A stretch of DNA of 25,383 nt from Candidatus Aenigmatarchaeota archaeon (GCA_038999435.1 JAVZYR010000006.1:1-25383), one strand, 5' to 3'; counted from the first letter of the stretch, positions 1 to 8,847 are shown. A program made the numbers and translations. Notes: a model not told the origin generated them from the sequence alone.

Positions 1-66
1 AGGCAGGTTGTGAGGATACCAATACCAGAAGGTGTAAAGATAGATATAGAATTTAAGGAGAAATAG
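1..66 (+). CDS. rpsJ: 30S ribosomal protein uS10, C-terminal fragment (5'-truncated by window)
   Basis: Frame 1 reads RQVVRIPIPEGVKIDIEFKEK*, resembling the archaeal S10 C-terminus (RQIMRIxVPEGVxIEI). TAG at 64-66. Not in the ORF track. Confidence 0.75.
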   Translation, partial: RQVVRIPIPEGVKIDIEFKEK

Positions 67-460
67 CCTGGCCTATATCTTTTGCAAGCTCAGCAAGTCT
101 TTCTTTTAGTGTGTTGAATTCACTCTGTATCCTTTCTATCTCACTCTCTATTGCCTTTGATCTCTCTGATAGTGCCTTTTTTACATCCTCTATGCCCCTT
201 TCAGCATATATACCAGCACCAAGATTGAATAAAATCGCCTTTGGCCTTTCTATTCTTGAAAGTGTCCAACAACCTGAGCCAAGTGCAACATAAATTTCAT
301 TTCCACTTTCTATTTTAGAAAATTCTTCAATAGCCTGTTGGGTTGCATTGATCTCTAAAAGTTTGTTCTCAAGCATGACTGCCTGCTCACTGAGTGCCTC
401 AATGTATCTCTGGAGGATTTGATATGCAACTATCTTCTCCTGTAATGCCTTATCTTCCAT
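53..460 (-). CDS. pfdA: Prefoldin subunit alpha
   Basis: 135 aa; coiled-coil ends flank a central beta-hairpin region EIYVALGSG...ILFNLGAGIYAE typical of alpha prefoldins. Confidence 0.9.
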   Translation of the reverse strand: MEDKALQEKIVAYQILQRYIEALSEQAVMLENKLLEINATQQAIEEFSKIESGNEIYVALGSGCWTLSRIERPKAILFNLGAGIYAERGIEDVKKALSERSKAIESEIERIQSEFNTLKERLAELAKDIGQAISP

Positions 461-470
461 AATATGGATT

Positions 471-815
471 TTATTTCAACAATTTAAGCTTTCCTGTAAG
501 CTTATCTATTTCTCTTTCAGGTGCTGGGCCTATACCTATACATGTGAGCGTGCCTGGCTTAAGTTCTGTCCTGCCTGCATCTTTTATGACAGATACAGGA
601 AGCCCTAATTTTTCAGCAAGGGTAGCTATACGTCTAATCTCTTTTATGTCTGCGGCAAGAATAACCTTTTTCGCTCCTTCCTTTTCCCATCCTCTTATTG
701 CAGCCTTCTTTGCTAATTTATATGCTTCCAAGGATGCATGTGCAACCTGTGCTGCAAGCTTTCCTCGAGAAAGTTTGATATCTGACCGGACAACAATAAC
801 CTGTTTATATATCAT
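471..815 (-). CDS. pth2: Peptidyl-tRNA hydrolase Pth2
   Basis: Motifs KQVIVVRSD, GKLAAQVAHAS, DAGRTE, TCIGIGP, IDKLTGKLKLL. Confidence 0.97.
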   Translation of the reverse strand: MIYKQVIVVRSDIKLSRGKLAAQVAHASLEAYKLAKKAAIRGWEKEGAKKVILAADIKEIRRIATLAEKLGLPVSVIKDAGRTELKPGTLTCIGIGPAPEREIDKLTGKLKLLK

Positions 816-843
816 AAAAGTATTAGAATATGTTTATAAAATT

Positions 844-1257
844 TTAAGCGCCAAGGCCGACTATGAGGTCTTTCTTCATGGAATCGTATACCATCGGACA
901 TCTCATGCTTCGCATGCTTATTTCATTAAGATTCGATGCCACATCAGATAGTTGGAATGATTTGACGCTCTGCCTTGGAACATAGAATGTCTCTTGCCTT
1001 ACATTCCCATCGGCAAATATCAAGTTTGCAGAGATATTCAAATCAATTTCACCCCAGTTATCAATCAAGATAGAAAGCGTGGATGTCCCTGAATCGTAGG
1101 TTGCACCTTTTATCATAAACCGTGCTTTACTGCACAGCTCTGCCTCAGCCCTTTGCTGTTGAGCAAGGTTTGTTGCCCATCCTGCAAGCACACCTGCCAC
1201 AACAAGTGTGAATGCAATTAAGAGGAATGTTGCAACCAATGGGGATATGCCTCTCAT
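844..1257 (-). CDS. Archaeal type IV pilin-like protein (class III signal peptide)
   Basis: N-terminus MRG|ISPLVATFLLIAFTLVVAG: basic residue-Gly cleavage site followed by a hydrophobic helix. Confidence 0.85.
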   Translation of the reverse strand: MRGISPLVATFLLIAFTLVVAGVLAGWATNLAQQQRAEAELCSKARFMIKGATYDSGTSTLSILIDNWGEIDLNISANLIFADGNVRQETFYVPRQSVKSFQLSDVASNLNEISMRSMRCPMVYDSMKKDLIVGLGA

Positions 1258-1282
1258 AATTTAATTTTATTGTCAGGTCTAT

Positions 1283-1768
1283 TTAAATTAATTTTTGTAT
1301 GTTTGTGGTTTTTGCTGATACAGCACGACAAACCTCATTCGTGATGATTATCTCATTAACAGTCATTGCGAATGTGCTGTTAAATTCTTCACCTGTATCT
1401 GAAATAGAACTAGAATTTAGCTTGATATATGCTGTCCGTTCCCTCTCGAGTGGTTTGCTTGCATTTATTTCTGGTTGCCAAACCTGTGTATAGTTGAATT
1501 GTTGTGCATGCGTACCATTTGTCAACACAACACCAAAGCCATAAATCTCTCTTTTGGCTTTATTTGTAATCTTGATTAGGAGCTCATTTGTTTGATTTGT
1601 GTATACCGCAGAATCTATCACATAGTTTGTTGTAAGTGCACATGCAAGCTCAGGGTTTGTTGTCTGAAATGTAACCCAATTTGTTATCCAAACCGTAACA
1701 AGTATAGAAATCGAGACTGTAAGCCCTATCATTAGAACTATTGCAACTATTGGAGAAAGACCTCTCAT
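1283..1768 (-). CDS. Archaeal type IV pilin-like protein (class III signal peptide)
   Basis: N-terminus MRG|LSPIVAIVLMIGLTV; several N-x-S/T sequons (NQT, NGT, NYT, NAS, NSS, NST). Confidence 0.85.
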   Translation of the reverse strand: MRGLSPIVAIVLMIGLTVSISILVTVWITNWVTFQTTNPELACALTTNYVIDSAVYTNQTNELLIKITNKAKREIYGFGVVLTNGTHAQQFNYTQVWQPEINASKPLERERTAYIKLNSSSISDTGEEFNSTFAMTVNEIIITNEVCRAVSAKTTNIQKLI

Positions 1769-1800
1769 TTTTATTTTTGTTGTGATTTTATAAATTGTAT

Positions 1801-2634
1801 TTAGATTAGTTTTATCTGCAACTGACTTACCATTGCAAATATGCTATAACCAAATGCGATAAGAAGGATTGAGTGTTTAAGACCTGCCTTCACAGTACCC
1901 TCTGCCATCTTACCTGTTGCAAGTCCTGCAAAAAAGCCCTGTATTATGATGAAGTTTATAAATGCCTGTTCATAGATGGCAATACCTGCTTGCTGTGGAA
2001 GTGTGAGCATACCAGGTATCTGCTCAGGTGACATAAGTGGTATGAGAAAAATCTTCAGTATAACAAGTATGAAGACAAATGTGAAGAATATGAGATAGTT
2101 TGTCACAATCTGGCTATGTACAGCCAAGGAACGCTCCTTTTTTATCTTATTGATTGTGATGAGGGATTCGCTAACAGCTGAAAGCGTATCTCCAATCTTT
2201 CCTCCCATCTTGTATGTCTGGATGATTGTTGATGCTGCCCTCTTTATCTGTATCTGACCTGTCCTATTTGCGAATGTTTGCAAGGCCTCTTTGAATGGCA
2301 CACCCCAATCTACCTGTGCAGAAAGGCTTCGAACATAAGGTGTTAGTGCTGCATAATCCCTTTTCTCAAGATGCTTAAGCGCGATTGGAAGTGTCATACC
2401 AGAATTTATGCATTCTGTTAAATCTTTGATGAATATGATGAATTGTTCTTCAATCTCCTTTTGTTCTGCAAATTTTATATAAAATAGGTATGCAGGCGGG
2501 ACAACTGCAACCAAACCTCCGATGAGATTTATTAGAGGTGAGATGGATGGAAAAATTTTTGACAAAAAAAGAAAATTTATACCTATTATTACACAGCCTG
2601 CTATAATAGACAAAATTTCATACACGTATCTCAT
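1801..2634 (-). CDS. Type IV pilus membrane platform protein (T2SS-F / TadB-C / FlaJ family)
   Basis: FIKDLTECINSGMTLPIAL, DWGVPFKEAL, IIQGFFAGLATGKMAEG..KAGLKH; several TM segments; adjacent to pilins. Confidence 0.9.
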   Translation of the reverse strand: MRYVYEILSIIAGCVIIGINFLFLSKIFPSISPLINLIGGLVAVVPPAYLFYIKFAEQKEIEEQFIIFIKDLTECINSGMTLPIALKHLEKRDYAALTPYVRSLSAQVDWGVPFKEALQTFANRTGQIQIKRAASTIIQTYKMGGKIGDTLSAVSESLITINKIKKERSLAVHSQIVTNYLIFFTFVFILVILKIFLIPLMSPEQIPGMLTLPQQAGIAIYEQAFINFIIIQGFFAGLATGKMAEGTVKAGLKHSILLIAFGYSIFAMVSQLQIKLI

Positions 2635-2858
2635 GTCTTCTTCTTTATCTCAGCCCTTAATGATGGGACCTTTATTAGGTGTCCACACCCTGTGCATTTG
2701 ACTGAAAAAGGCCTTTTCCATTCCTTTTTTGTTGCCTCTGTATGACCGCAGTTAGGACATTTGTACTCAACCTCGGCTGTGTTCGAATCTGCAGGCACGA
2801 GCACTTTTATCCATCCTCCATCAAATGTTCTGTTTGTTATGTAGCGATATTTTCCCAT
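2631..2858 (-). CDS. Small zinc-ribbon protein of unknown function
   Basis: 75 aa with CPNCG and CTGCG pairs; 1 bp from rnz and 4-bp overlap with the platform gene. Confidence 0.75.
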   Translation of the reverse strand: MGKYRYITNRTFDGGWIKVLVPADSNTAEVEYKCPNCGHTEATKKEWKRPFSVKCTGCGHLIKVPSLRAEIKKKT

Positions 2859-2859
2859 A

Positions 2860-3759
2860 TTAATCTTTGAGTTTAATCCTCATAAAATCTTCTGCTACCA
2901 TTGTATTTGAAAATATCTTCTTTGCCTCATCTAACAAAGGCCTTGTATCCTGATATCTTCGAGAGAAATGTGTGAGCACAAGCCTTTTCACCTCTGCTGC
3001 CTTTGCAATCCTTGCAGCATCCTTTGCACCTGCATGCATCCTATCCTCCCTCTCCTCAAGAAATGTTGCATCGTGTATCAGAATGTCTGCACCTCGAACA
3101 AAATCTATAAGCTTATCAAACGGCTTTGTATCGCCAGTATACACAACCTTTAGGCCTTTTTTCAAAATTGCCACATCTTCGAGCCTTATCTCTTTTCCTT
3201 TGAAAACAATCTTTCCTTCTTCCTTCAGCTTTCCCACAAGAGGGCCTTGTCTCAGGCCATAAAGCCGCTCTGCCTTTTTAATATCAACATTCCATCGCTC
3301 CTTTTCTTGAAAACAATAAGCAACAGATGGTACAGTGTGTAAGGTTGGGCAGGTGTAGATATCATAGTCTTTATGTTTATATATACAGCATGGCTCGCCA
3401 TCAGCTGGCACATCCTTTGCAATAATTCTGAATCTCGGGCCCCAGTATTCCATGTCAAGTATATCTGCAACAAATCGTTCTGCTTCGGGGCCATAGATAA
3501 AAAGTGGCCTTGTCCTTTTTTCAAGATTCATTGTTTGTATGAGGCCTATAAGGCCTGCCCAATGATCGGCATGCCAATGCGTGATAAATATCCTGTCTAT
3601 GCGCATGAAATTTAGCTTTGCAAGCAACATTTGCCTTTGTGTGCCCTCTCCACAATCCCAAAGCCAAACATCTTCGCCGTATGCTAGCCATATAGCAGAG
3701 TGATTCCTGTTCTTTGTCGGTATACCAGAACCAGTTCCAAGAAATACAAGCTCAAGCAT
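2860..3759 (-). CDS. rnz: Ribonuclease Z (tRNA 3' endonuclease)
   Basis: LGTGSGIP, DCGEGTQ, THWHADH, exosite GPLVGKLK, YTGDT, HDATF, LTHFSRRY. Confidence 0.96.
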   Translation of the reverse strand: MLELVFLGTGSGIPTKNRNHSAIWLAYGEDVWLWDCGEGTQRQMLLAKLNFMRIDRIFITHWHADHWAGLIGLIQTMNLEKRTRPLFIYGPEAERFVADILDMEYWGPRFRIIAKDVPADGEPCCIYKHKDYDIYTCPTLHTVPSVAYCFQEKERWNVDIKKAERLYGLRQGPLVGKLKEEGKIVFKGKEIRLEDVAILKKGLKVVYTGDTKPFDKLIDFVRGADILIHDATFLEEREDRMHAGAKDAARIAKAAEVKRLVLTHFSRRYQDTRPLLDEAKKIFSNTMVAEDFMRIKLKD

Positions 3760-3785
3760 ATTTAATATTTTGACAAATACATAAA
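3760..3785. promoter_or_regulatory. Probable overlapping divergent promoters for rnz and the KaiC-like gene
   Basis: 26-bp spacer with TTTAATAT about 25 nt upstream of ATG 3786 (+) and TTTATGTA about 26 nt upstream of ATG 3759 (-). Confidence 0.5.
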
Positions 3786-4499
3786 ATGATTAGGATTGAA
3801 AGTGGCATTAAAGGGTTCGATAAGCTGATAAATGGTGGCTTTCCATCAGGCTCTTGTACCTTGTTAAAAGGTGCAGCAGGTACTGGAAAAACTATATTTG
3901 CACTTCAGTTCTGCTACCATGGCTCTGCTAAAAATGAGCCATCTATTTTCTGTTCACTTGTGCAGAGAGAGGAGGAGCTGATTGAGCAGGCAAGGCAATT
4001 TGGTTGGAAAATTCCAGCAAAAAATCTTTCTTTGTTATGCATAGACCCAAAACAAGGTGCTGCGCCCATTTTTGAAAATATTGTAAAAGAAGTAAAAAGG
4101 ATTGGTGCAAAAAGGCTTGTGGTTGATTCGCTCTCATCTCTTGTTGCCTATACAACGCTTGCAAGCAGAAAGATTGTAGGCCCTTCTGCTGTATTTTTGA
4201 AAGAGATAGAACCTATTGTGAGCAGGAAGCCGAACAAGGTTGTACTTAGGATGGTTACAGATATGATTGTAGGTGAACTTAAAAGGCTTGGCTGTACAAC
4301 CCTTCTTACATCAGAAGGGCTTGAAGAGGACATTGCATCAGAGTATGCATGCGATGGCATAATAGCACTAAGTGCTGATGTAGTGGGAAAGGTTCTTGAA
4401 AGGACTGTTAGGGTTATAAAGATGAGGGAAACAAAAATAGATGGTGGGATATACAGCTTTGAGATAGGGCCAAATGGGCCAAGGGTGTTAACGAAATAA
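3786..4499 (+). CDS. Single-domain KaiC/RAD55-like RecA-superfamily ATPase (divergent)
   Basis: RIESGIKGFDKLINGGFP, Walker A GAAGTGKT, Walker B LVVDS, KMRET. Confidence 0.88.
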   Translation: MIRIESGIKGFDKLINGGFPSGSCTLLKGAAGTGKTIFALQFCYHGSAKNEPSIFCSLVQREEELIEQARQFGWKIPAKNLSLLCIDPKQGAAPIFENIVKEVKRIGAKRLVVDSLSSLVAYTTLASRKIVGPSAVFLKEIEPIVSRKPNKVVLRMVTDMIVGELKRLGCTTLLTSEGLEEDIASEYACDGIIALSADVVGKVLERTVRVIKMRETKIDGGIYSFEIGPNGPRVLTK

Positions 4500-5624
4500 T
4501 TATTCAGATAAAAGCAATAGAGTGAAGCTGCCTTCAGAAATCCCTTTTTCTTTCAAAGCAAATCTTATGTTTCTGTCCTCAAAACCTGAAAATATGCCTG
4601 ACAGCAATCCTCTCAGCATCATAAAATCAATCTCATCAGCCCATTTTGTCCATGGAAATAATCTGAAATACACTTCATAATTTTTACCTTTCTTAACAGC
4701 CAAAACATCACCAAATCCCAGTGCAGGTAGGAAATCCATCACAAACCTGCACGGGTCCTGCTTTCCAGAGATTTTAGCCAGCCTTTTCCCAAAATCAAAG
4801 CTACAATCCCAAAGGACTTTTAAGCCATTTTTTACTTTTTTCAATTCTTTCTCAAGTATGTACATAAAGCTTGCCTCACATAAGAAAAAGCGCTCGCCCT
4901 TGTAAGTAACCTGACCATGCCTATAATCAAATACCCCTGAATCCATCAGTGATTTTAGGCTATTCCTTGCCCATTTTGTTGGCCTAATTTGATTTAGCTT
5001 GGCATATTCAGGTGTAAGTTCTGCCTTTTCAAGTTTTGTGTATCTGATTGGCTTGTAGCCCATCTTAACCAAAGTTTCATAAGGTGCTGCAATCACTTCG
5101 CATTCCTTATCCCCACGGCCTTGGCATTTTGGTTGAACTGCTTCGATGGTTGGGTCTTGACAGGCATAGGCCCAAATGCCTGCAATTCCGCCTGTTGAGA
5201 AAATATAACCGAGACCGTTTTTAGAGCAGATGATGTAGTTTTGCATTCGTAATTTAAAAATTTTCTGGCTATAGTCAATTACGTGATAAAGTTTACTTGC
5301 CCAAGTGCCTTCAACATATCTTACCAGATTATATGCAAAATTTAAAAATTTATTTTTATTTTTCACGGTTTTAATGTTAGGAAAATTGGATATCAAAGCA
5401 TTAACATATCCAAATTTTTTACCAATTTTATAATATAATAAATTTTCAGAGTAACTTTCTAATATTGAAAACAATGATTCAGATAAAAAAATTTCTCTTA
5501 TATCAACATCAAGTTTAATTTCGGAGAATTTTGCAACAATATAACCTGGGTGATTTATAATTTCTAATTTGGGCAATAACACATTTTTTAAATACCATGA
5601 AACAATGATATCTTTTACTCTCAT
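4500..5624 (-). CDS. V4R-like domain protein, apparently two related halves
   Basis: GGIAGIW...EAVQPKCQGRGDKECEVIA is a V4R-type signature; the second half parallels it (GERFFLCEASFMYILE...FDFGK, ALGFG, LRGLLSGIFS) without the Cys pair. Confidence 0.65.
   Translation of the reverse strand: MRVKDIIVSWYLKNVLLPKLEIINHPGYIVAKFSEIKLDVDIREIFLSESLFSILESYSENLLYYKIGKKFGYVNALISNFPNIKTVKNKNKFLNFAYNLVRYVEGTWASKLYHVIDYSQKIFKLRMQNYIICSKNGLGYIFSTGGIAGIWAYACQDPTIEAVQPKCQGRGDKECEVIAAPYETLVKMGYKPIRYTKLEKAELTPEYAKLNQIRPTKWARNSLKSLMDSGVFDYRHGQVTYKGERFFLCEASFMYILEKELKKVKNGLKVLWDCSFDFGKRLAKISGKQDPCRFVMDFLPALGFGDVLAVKKGKNYEVYFRLFPWTKWADEIDFMMLRGLLSGIFSGFEDRNIRFALKEKGISEGSFTLLLLSE
5083..5104 (+). repeat. 22-bp direct repeat, copy 1 (GGTGCTGCAATCACTTCGCATT)
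   Basis: Identical to 6483-6504, exactly 1400 bp away. Confidence 0.95.
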
Positions 5625-6448
5625 AAACCAAAAATATACACCAATATCATAATTATACCTATGAAAATATATTCTCCATCAGCTAATATGTCACATACAA
5701 ATTTTATATTATTTTCTCTTATAAGAGTAATATACACAAAAGAATAAATGATAAGGAAGAATAGATAATAGAATGATGATGGAACAGAAACAAAAAATGG
5801 TATAACAAAAAGAAGTAATATACATATAAAGTTAATACAATATAAAATATTTTTTGTAAATTTAATACCGTATTTAACAGGAATTGTTGATATTTTATAG
5901 ATCTTGTCACCTTTTATATCTTTGATGTCAAAAACTATTGTTGTTATCAAAACTCTGAAAAATATAAAAATAGAAAGGAAAAATACAAAATAAAATAAAT
6001 CTGAAAAATTGTAATATGAAGCTACAAGAAAAACTATCAAACTCCATCCTATGCCTACGATCAAATCTTTTATCAAAAAAATTTTTTTAGCTCTCAGAAC
6101 GCTATACAAAAAAACCAAAATAAAAGGAAGTAATGCTAAAAATCCAGTTAATAAATTATTTGCAAAAGCAATAAAAAGTGCTGTGAAATAAAAAATGCTA
6201 CTAATTTTTATAAGTTTTTTACCATATTTTTCTGTAAATCTTGTTCTTGAAGGATAGTTGATTCTATCTTCTTTTATATCTGTTATTCGATTTAGATTAT
6301 ATAAAAAAAATGTGCCACAAAAAGCTATGAAAATAGGTTCCCATCTGAAAGGCATTTGTAATAAAATAATTATCATTATTGCAACAAGTCCAGCCCCTAT
6401 TGCCAGGTAAATATTGCTGTGTACCAAAAACTCAACCAATTTATTCAT
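5621..6448 (-). CDS. UbiA-family prenyltransferase
   Basis: Multi-TM protein with YNLNRITDIKEDRINYPSR and FDIKDIKGDK Asp-rich motifs, YS...K loop and TIPVKYG; very AT-rich DNA. Confidence 0.88.
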   Translation of the reverse strand: MNKLVEFLVHSNIYLAIGAGLVAIMIIILLQMPFRWEPIFIAFCGTFFLYNLNRITDIKEDRINYPSRTRFTEKYGKKLIKISSIFYFTALFIAFANNLLTGFLALLPFILVFLYSVLRAKKIFLIKDLIVGIGWSLIVFLVASYYNFSDLFYFVFFLSIFIFFRVLITTIVFDIKDIKGDKIYKISTIPVKYGIKFTKNILYCINFICILLLFVIPFFVSVPSSFYYLFFLIIYSFVYITLIRENNIKFVCDILADGEYIFIGIIMILVYIFGL

Positions 6449-6470
6449 ATATAAAATTTATTAAATTCGA

Positions 6471-6510
6471 TACATAAAGCTTGGTGCTGCAATCACTTCG
6501 CATTTTTTAT
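6471..6510 (-). pseudogene. Mosaic remnant of the V4R-like gene (includes repeat copy 2 at 6483-6504)
   Basis: 6483-6504 equals 5083-5104, and 6471-6483 (TACATAAAGCTTG) equals 4861-4873. On the minus strand it reads KCEVIAAP-SFMY. Confidence 0.65.
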
Positions 6511-6522
6511 GAAGTTGCAAAA

Positions 6523-8847
6523 TCAGAAAAACAATAAAATTTCTTCCCCCCATTCAATCTGTTTAATATTGTGAGCTGCTTTCAAATCTTTTTCGATTGC
6601 CTTAAACTTTTTGGGAATCCTTGCCCTTTTTATCTCAGCACGAAGAGAAAGACTTTTATCTTTTTTTGCCTTCCATATCATGCTATTAAGTTCAGCGAGC
6701 TCTTTTGTTGTGAATGCTGGTCTTTTTGTTTTTTGTTTTTTTGGAAAAGTCTCAAGATGCACAGATCTGCCATAAAGTTTTCTATAGATATAGTCTGTTA
6801 CAAAAGGTGTGATTGGTGCCAAAAGGATTAGAGCAGCCCTCATGCAAGCATGCAATGTGTATAGCGCTGATGCATCTCCACTATAAGCTCTGACTTTCAC
6901 AAGTTCAATGTAGTGAGATGCAAAAACATTCCATAACCAATCCCTTATTGCATTTGAAGGTATAAAGAAATTAAAATCTTCATAGCCTTTTAGACATTTT
7001 GATATAAGTTCATTTAATTCATATAAAATCCATCTATCTAATGGTGAAAGTTTTTTTGGTCTCTTCTTCTCATCAAACATCGAAACAAACCTGCTCACAT
7101 TCCATAATTTTGTGAGAAAAGGTAATGTTGCAGCAATCCTTGCCTCCGAACAACGAAAATCAGAACCCAGATTTGCCTCGCTTGCAGACCAAAGACGGAA
7201 TGCATCGGCACCGTATTTTTCGAGTATAGGTATTGGATCTATGACATTCCCTTTTGATTTTGACATCTTCTGTCCCTTCTCATCAACACCCCATCCCCCA
7301 ATCCATGCATGCCTAAATGGGCTCTTGCCTGTTAGCTGCCAACATCTAAGAAGTGTATAATAAAGCCATGTTCTTATGATCTCTTTTCCTTGTGGTCTCA
7401 ATGTGACAGGGTATGCCTTCTTTATTTTTCTTGTTATGAAAAGAGGTGATATTGAAGAATCCATCCATGTATCGAATGTGCGCTCTTCACCTCTAAAACC
7501 AGTATCCGATCCACAATACTGACATTTTTTAAAAGGTGGCTCCTCGCACCATGGTCTCCAATATCGACCTGCTTCTGGTAAGTTTGGTTTTCCACAAGAA
7601 TTGCAATACCATATAGGTATCTCTGTTGCATAATACCTTCTTCTTGAGATTGGCCAATCAATTGTAATCGAGTCTATCCAATTTAGAAGGATCTGACGAT
7701 GATGCAAGGGATGCCATTTAAGCTGTTTTGATATCTTTCGAATCTCATCTACAAAATCGATTTGTTTCAAATACCATTCATTCATTGGAATTATTTCTAT
7801 TGGTGTTTTTGATCTTTCGCATATAGGCGTTCTATGTTTTATGTTTTCCTCCTTTTCAACAATACCAAGGCCTTTCATATCATTGATTATTGCCTTTCTT
7901 GCCTCCTCAATCAACATGCCTGAATATGGCCCTGCATGATGTGTCATCTTACCTTCCAAATTTATTGCAATAATCTCAGGAAGCCTAAGCTCCCTGAATA
8001 TCCTTACATCAGAATAGTCACCATAAGAGCATATCATCACAATACCGCTACCAAATTCTGGCTTTGCTATTGTATGTGCAATAATTGGCACAGACCTGCC
8101 ATATATTGGAAGTATAGCATGCTTCCCAATTAGATGTTTATATCTTTCATCAGCAGGGTTTACAGCAACAACTTGACATGCACAAAGCAACTCTGGCCTT
8201 GTTGTGGCTATAATGATATTTTCTCCTGTCTCCTGAACCTTAAACTTAATGTAAACCAGTTTTGTTGGTCTTTCCTCATATGAAACCTCTGCATCTGCAA
8301 TGGTTGTGCCACACATAAAACAGTAATTATTAGGTCTTATATCTTCATATATCAATCCTCTTTTCCAAAGTTCTATAAATGTTGCTTGGGTAAGGGCCCT
8401 GTATTCGTTGGAGTCAGTTCTGTAGTAATTAGAAAAATCACATGAAAGACCCATCATTTCCATTATCTTTAGCATTTCTGCTTCAAGTTCATCAAGTGAT
8501 GTTTCACAAAGTTTTATGAAATCCTTTCTATTCAGATCCTGTAAATGTATACCATGCTTTCTCTCAGTATATATCTCTACAGGCAAACCATTTCTATCTA
8601 TACCTATTGGAAATAGCACAGAATAGCCCTGTGCCCTTGCTGTTCTTGCAATCATGTCTATCTGTGAATATTGCGCTGCTGCACCAATATGCCATGGCCG
8701 ACCTGATGGATATGGAGGTGGTGTATCAATGGAAAAAATCTTTTTTGCTTTAACATCAAATGTGTATAATTTTTCTTTTTTCCATTTCTCAAGCATGACC
8801 TTTTCCAAATCTTTTGACCATCTACCTTCTTTCAGTTTTGGTTGCAT
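6523..8847 (-). CDS. valS: Valine--tRNA ligase
   Basis: FSIDTPPPYPSG..WHIGA (HIGH-like), IATTRPEL, DWPISRRRYY, FDTWMDSS, LRPQGKEII, KMSKS. Confidence 0.96.
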   Translation of the reverse strand: MQPKLKEGRWSKDLEKVMLEKWKKEKLYTFDVKAKKIFSIDTPPPYPSGRPWHIGAAAQYSQIDMIARTARAQGYSVLFPIGIDRNGLPVEIYTERKHGIHLQDLNRKDFIKLCETSLDELEAEMLKIMEMMGLSCDFSNYYRTDSNEYRALTQATFIELWKRGLIYEDIRPNNYCFMCGTTIADAEVSYEERPTKLVYIKFKVQETGENIIIATTRPELLCACQVVAVNPADERYKHLIGKHAILPIYGRSVPIIAHTIAKPEFGSGIVMICSYGDYSDVRIFRELRLPEIIAINLEGKMTHHAGPYSGMLIEEARKAIINDMKGLGIVEKEENIKHRTPICERSKTPIEIIPMNEWYLKQIDFVDEIRKISKQLKWHPLHHRQILLNWIDSITIDWPISRRRYYATEIPIWYCNSCGKPNLPEAGRYWRPWCEEPPFKKCQYCGSDTGFRGEERTFDTWMDSSISPLFITRKIKKAYPVTLRPQGKEIIRTWLYYTLLRCWQLTGKSPFRHAWIGGWGVDEKGQKMSKSKGNVIDPIPILEKYGADAFRLWSASEANLGSDFRCSEARIAATLPFLTKLWNVSRFVSMFDEKKRPKKLSPLDRWILYELNELISKCLKGYEDFNFFIPSNAIRDWLWNVFASHYIELVKVRAYSGDASALYTLHACMRAALILLAPITPFVTDYIYRKLYGRSVHLETFPKKQKTKRPAFTTKELAELNSMIWKAKKDKSLSLRAEIKRARIPKKFKAIEKDLKAAHNIKQIEWGEEILLFF

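Noticed and set aside
544..951. Numerous antisense or alternative-frame ORFs (e.g. 544-951, 13173-13613, 21167-21568, 18891-19151, 25029-25232)
   Set aside because: They are shadows of well-supported genes or tRNAs on the other strand or frame, with no recognisable motifs.
844..1768. Calling the pilins archaellins and the KaiC-like genes a circadian clock
   Set aside because: No archaellin-specific core or flaF/G; the KaiC-like proteins are single-domain and no kaiA/kaiB is present.
5083..6504. 22-bp repeats as a CRISPR array or attL/attR of an integrated element
   Set aside because: Only two copies 1.4 kb apart, no cas, integrase or transposase, and the sequence is V4R coding DNA.
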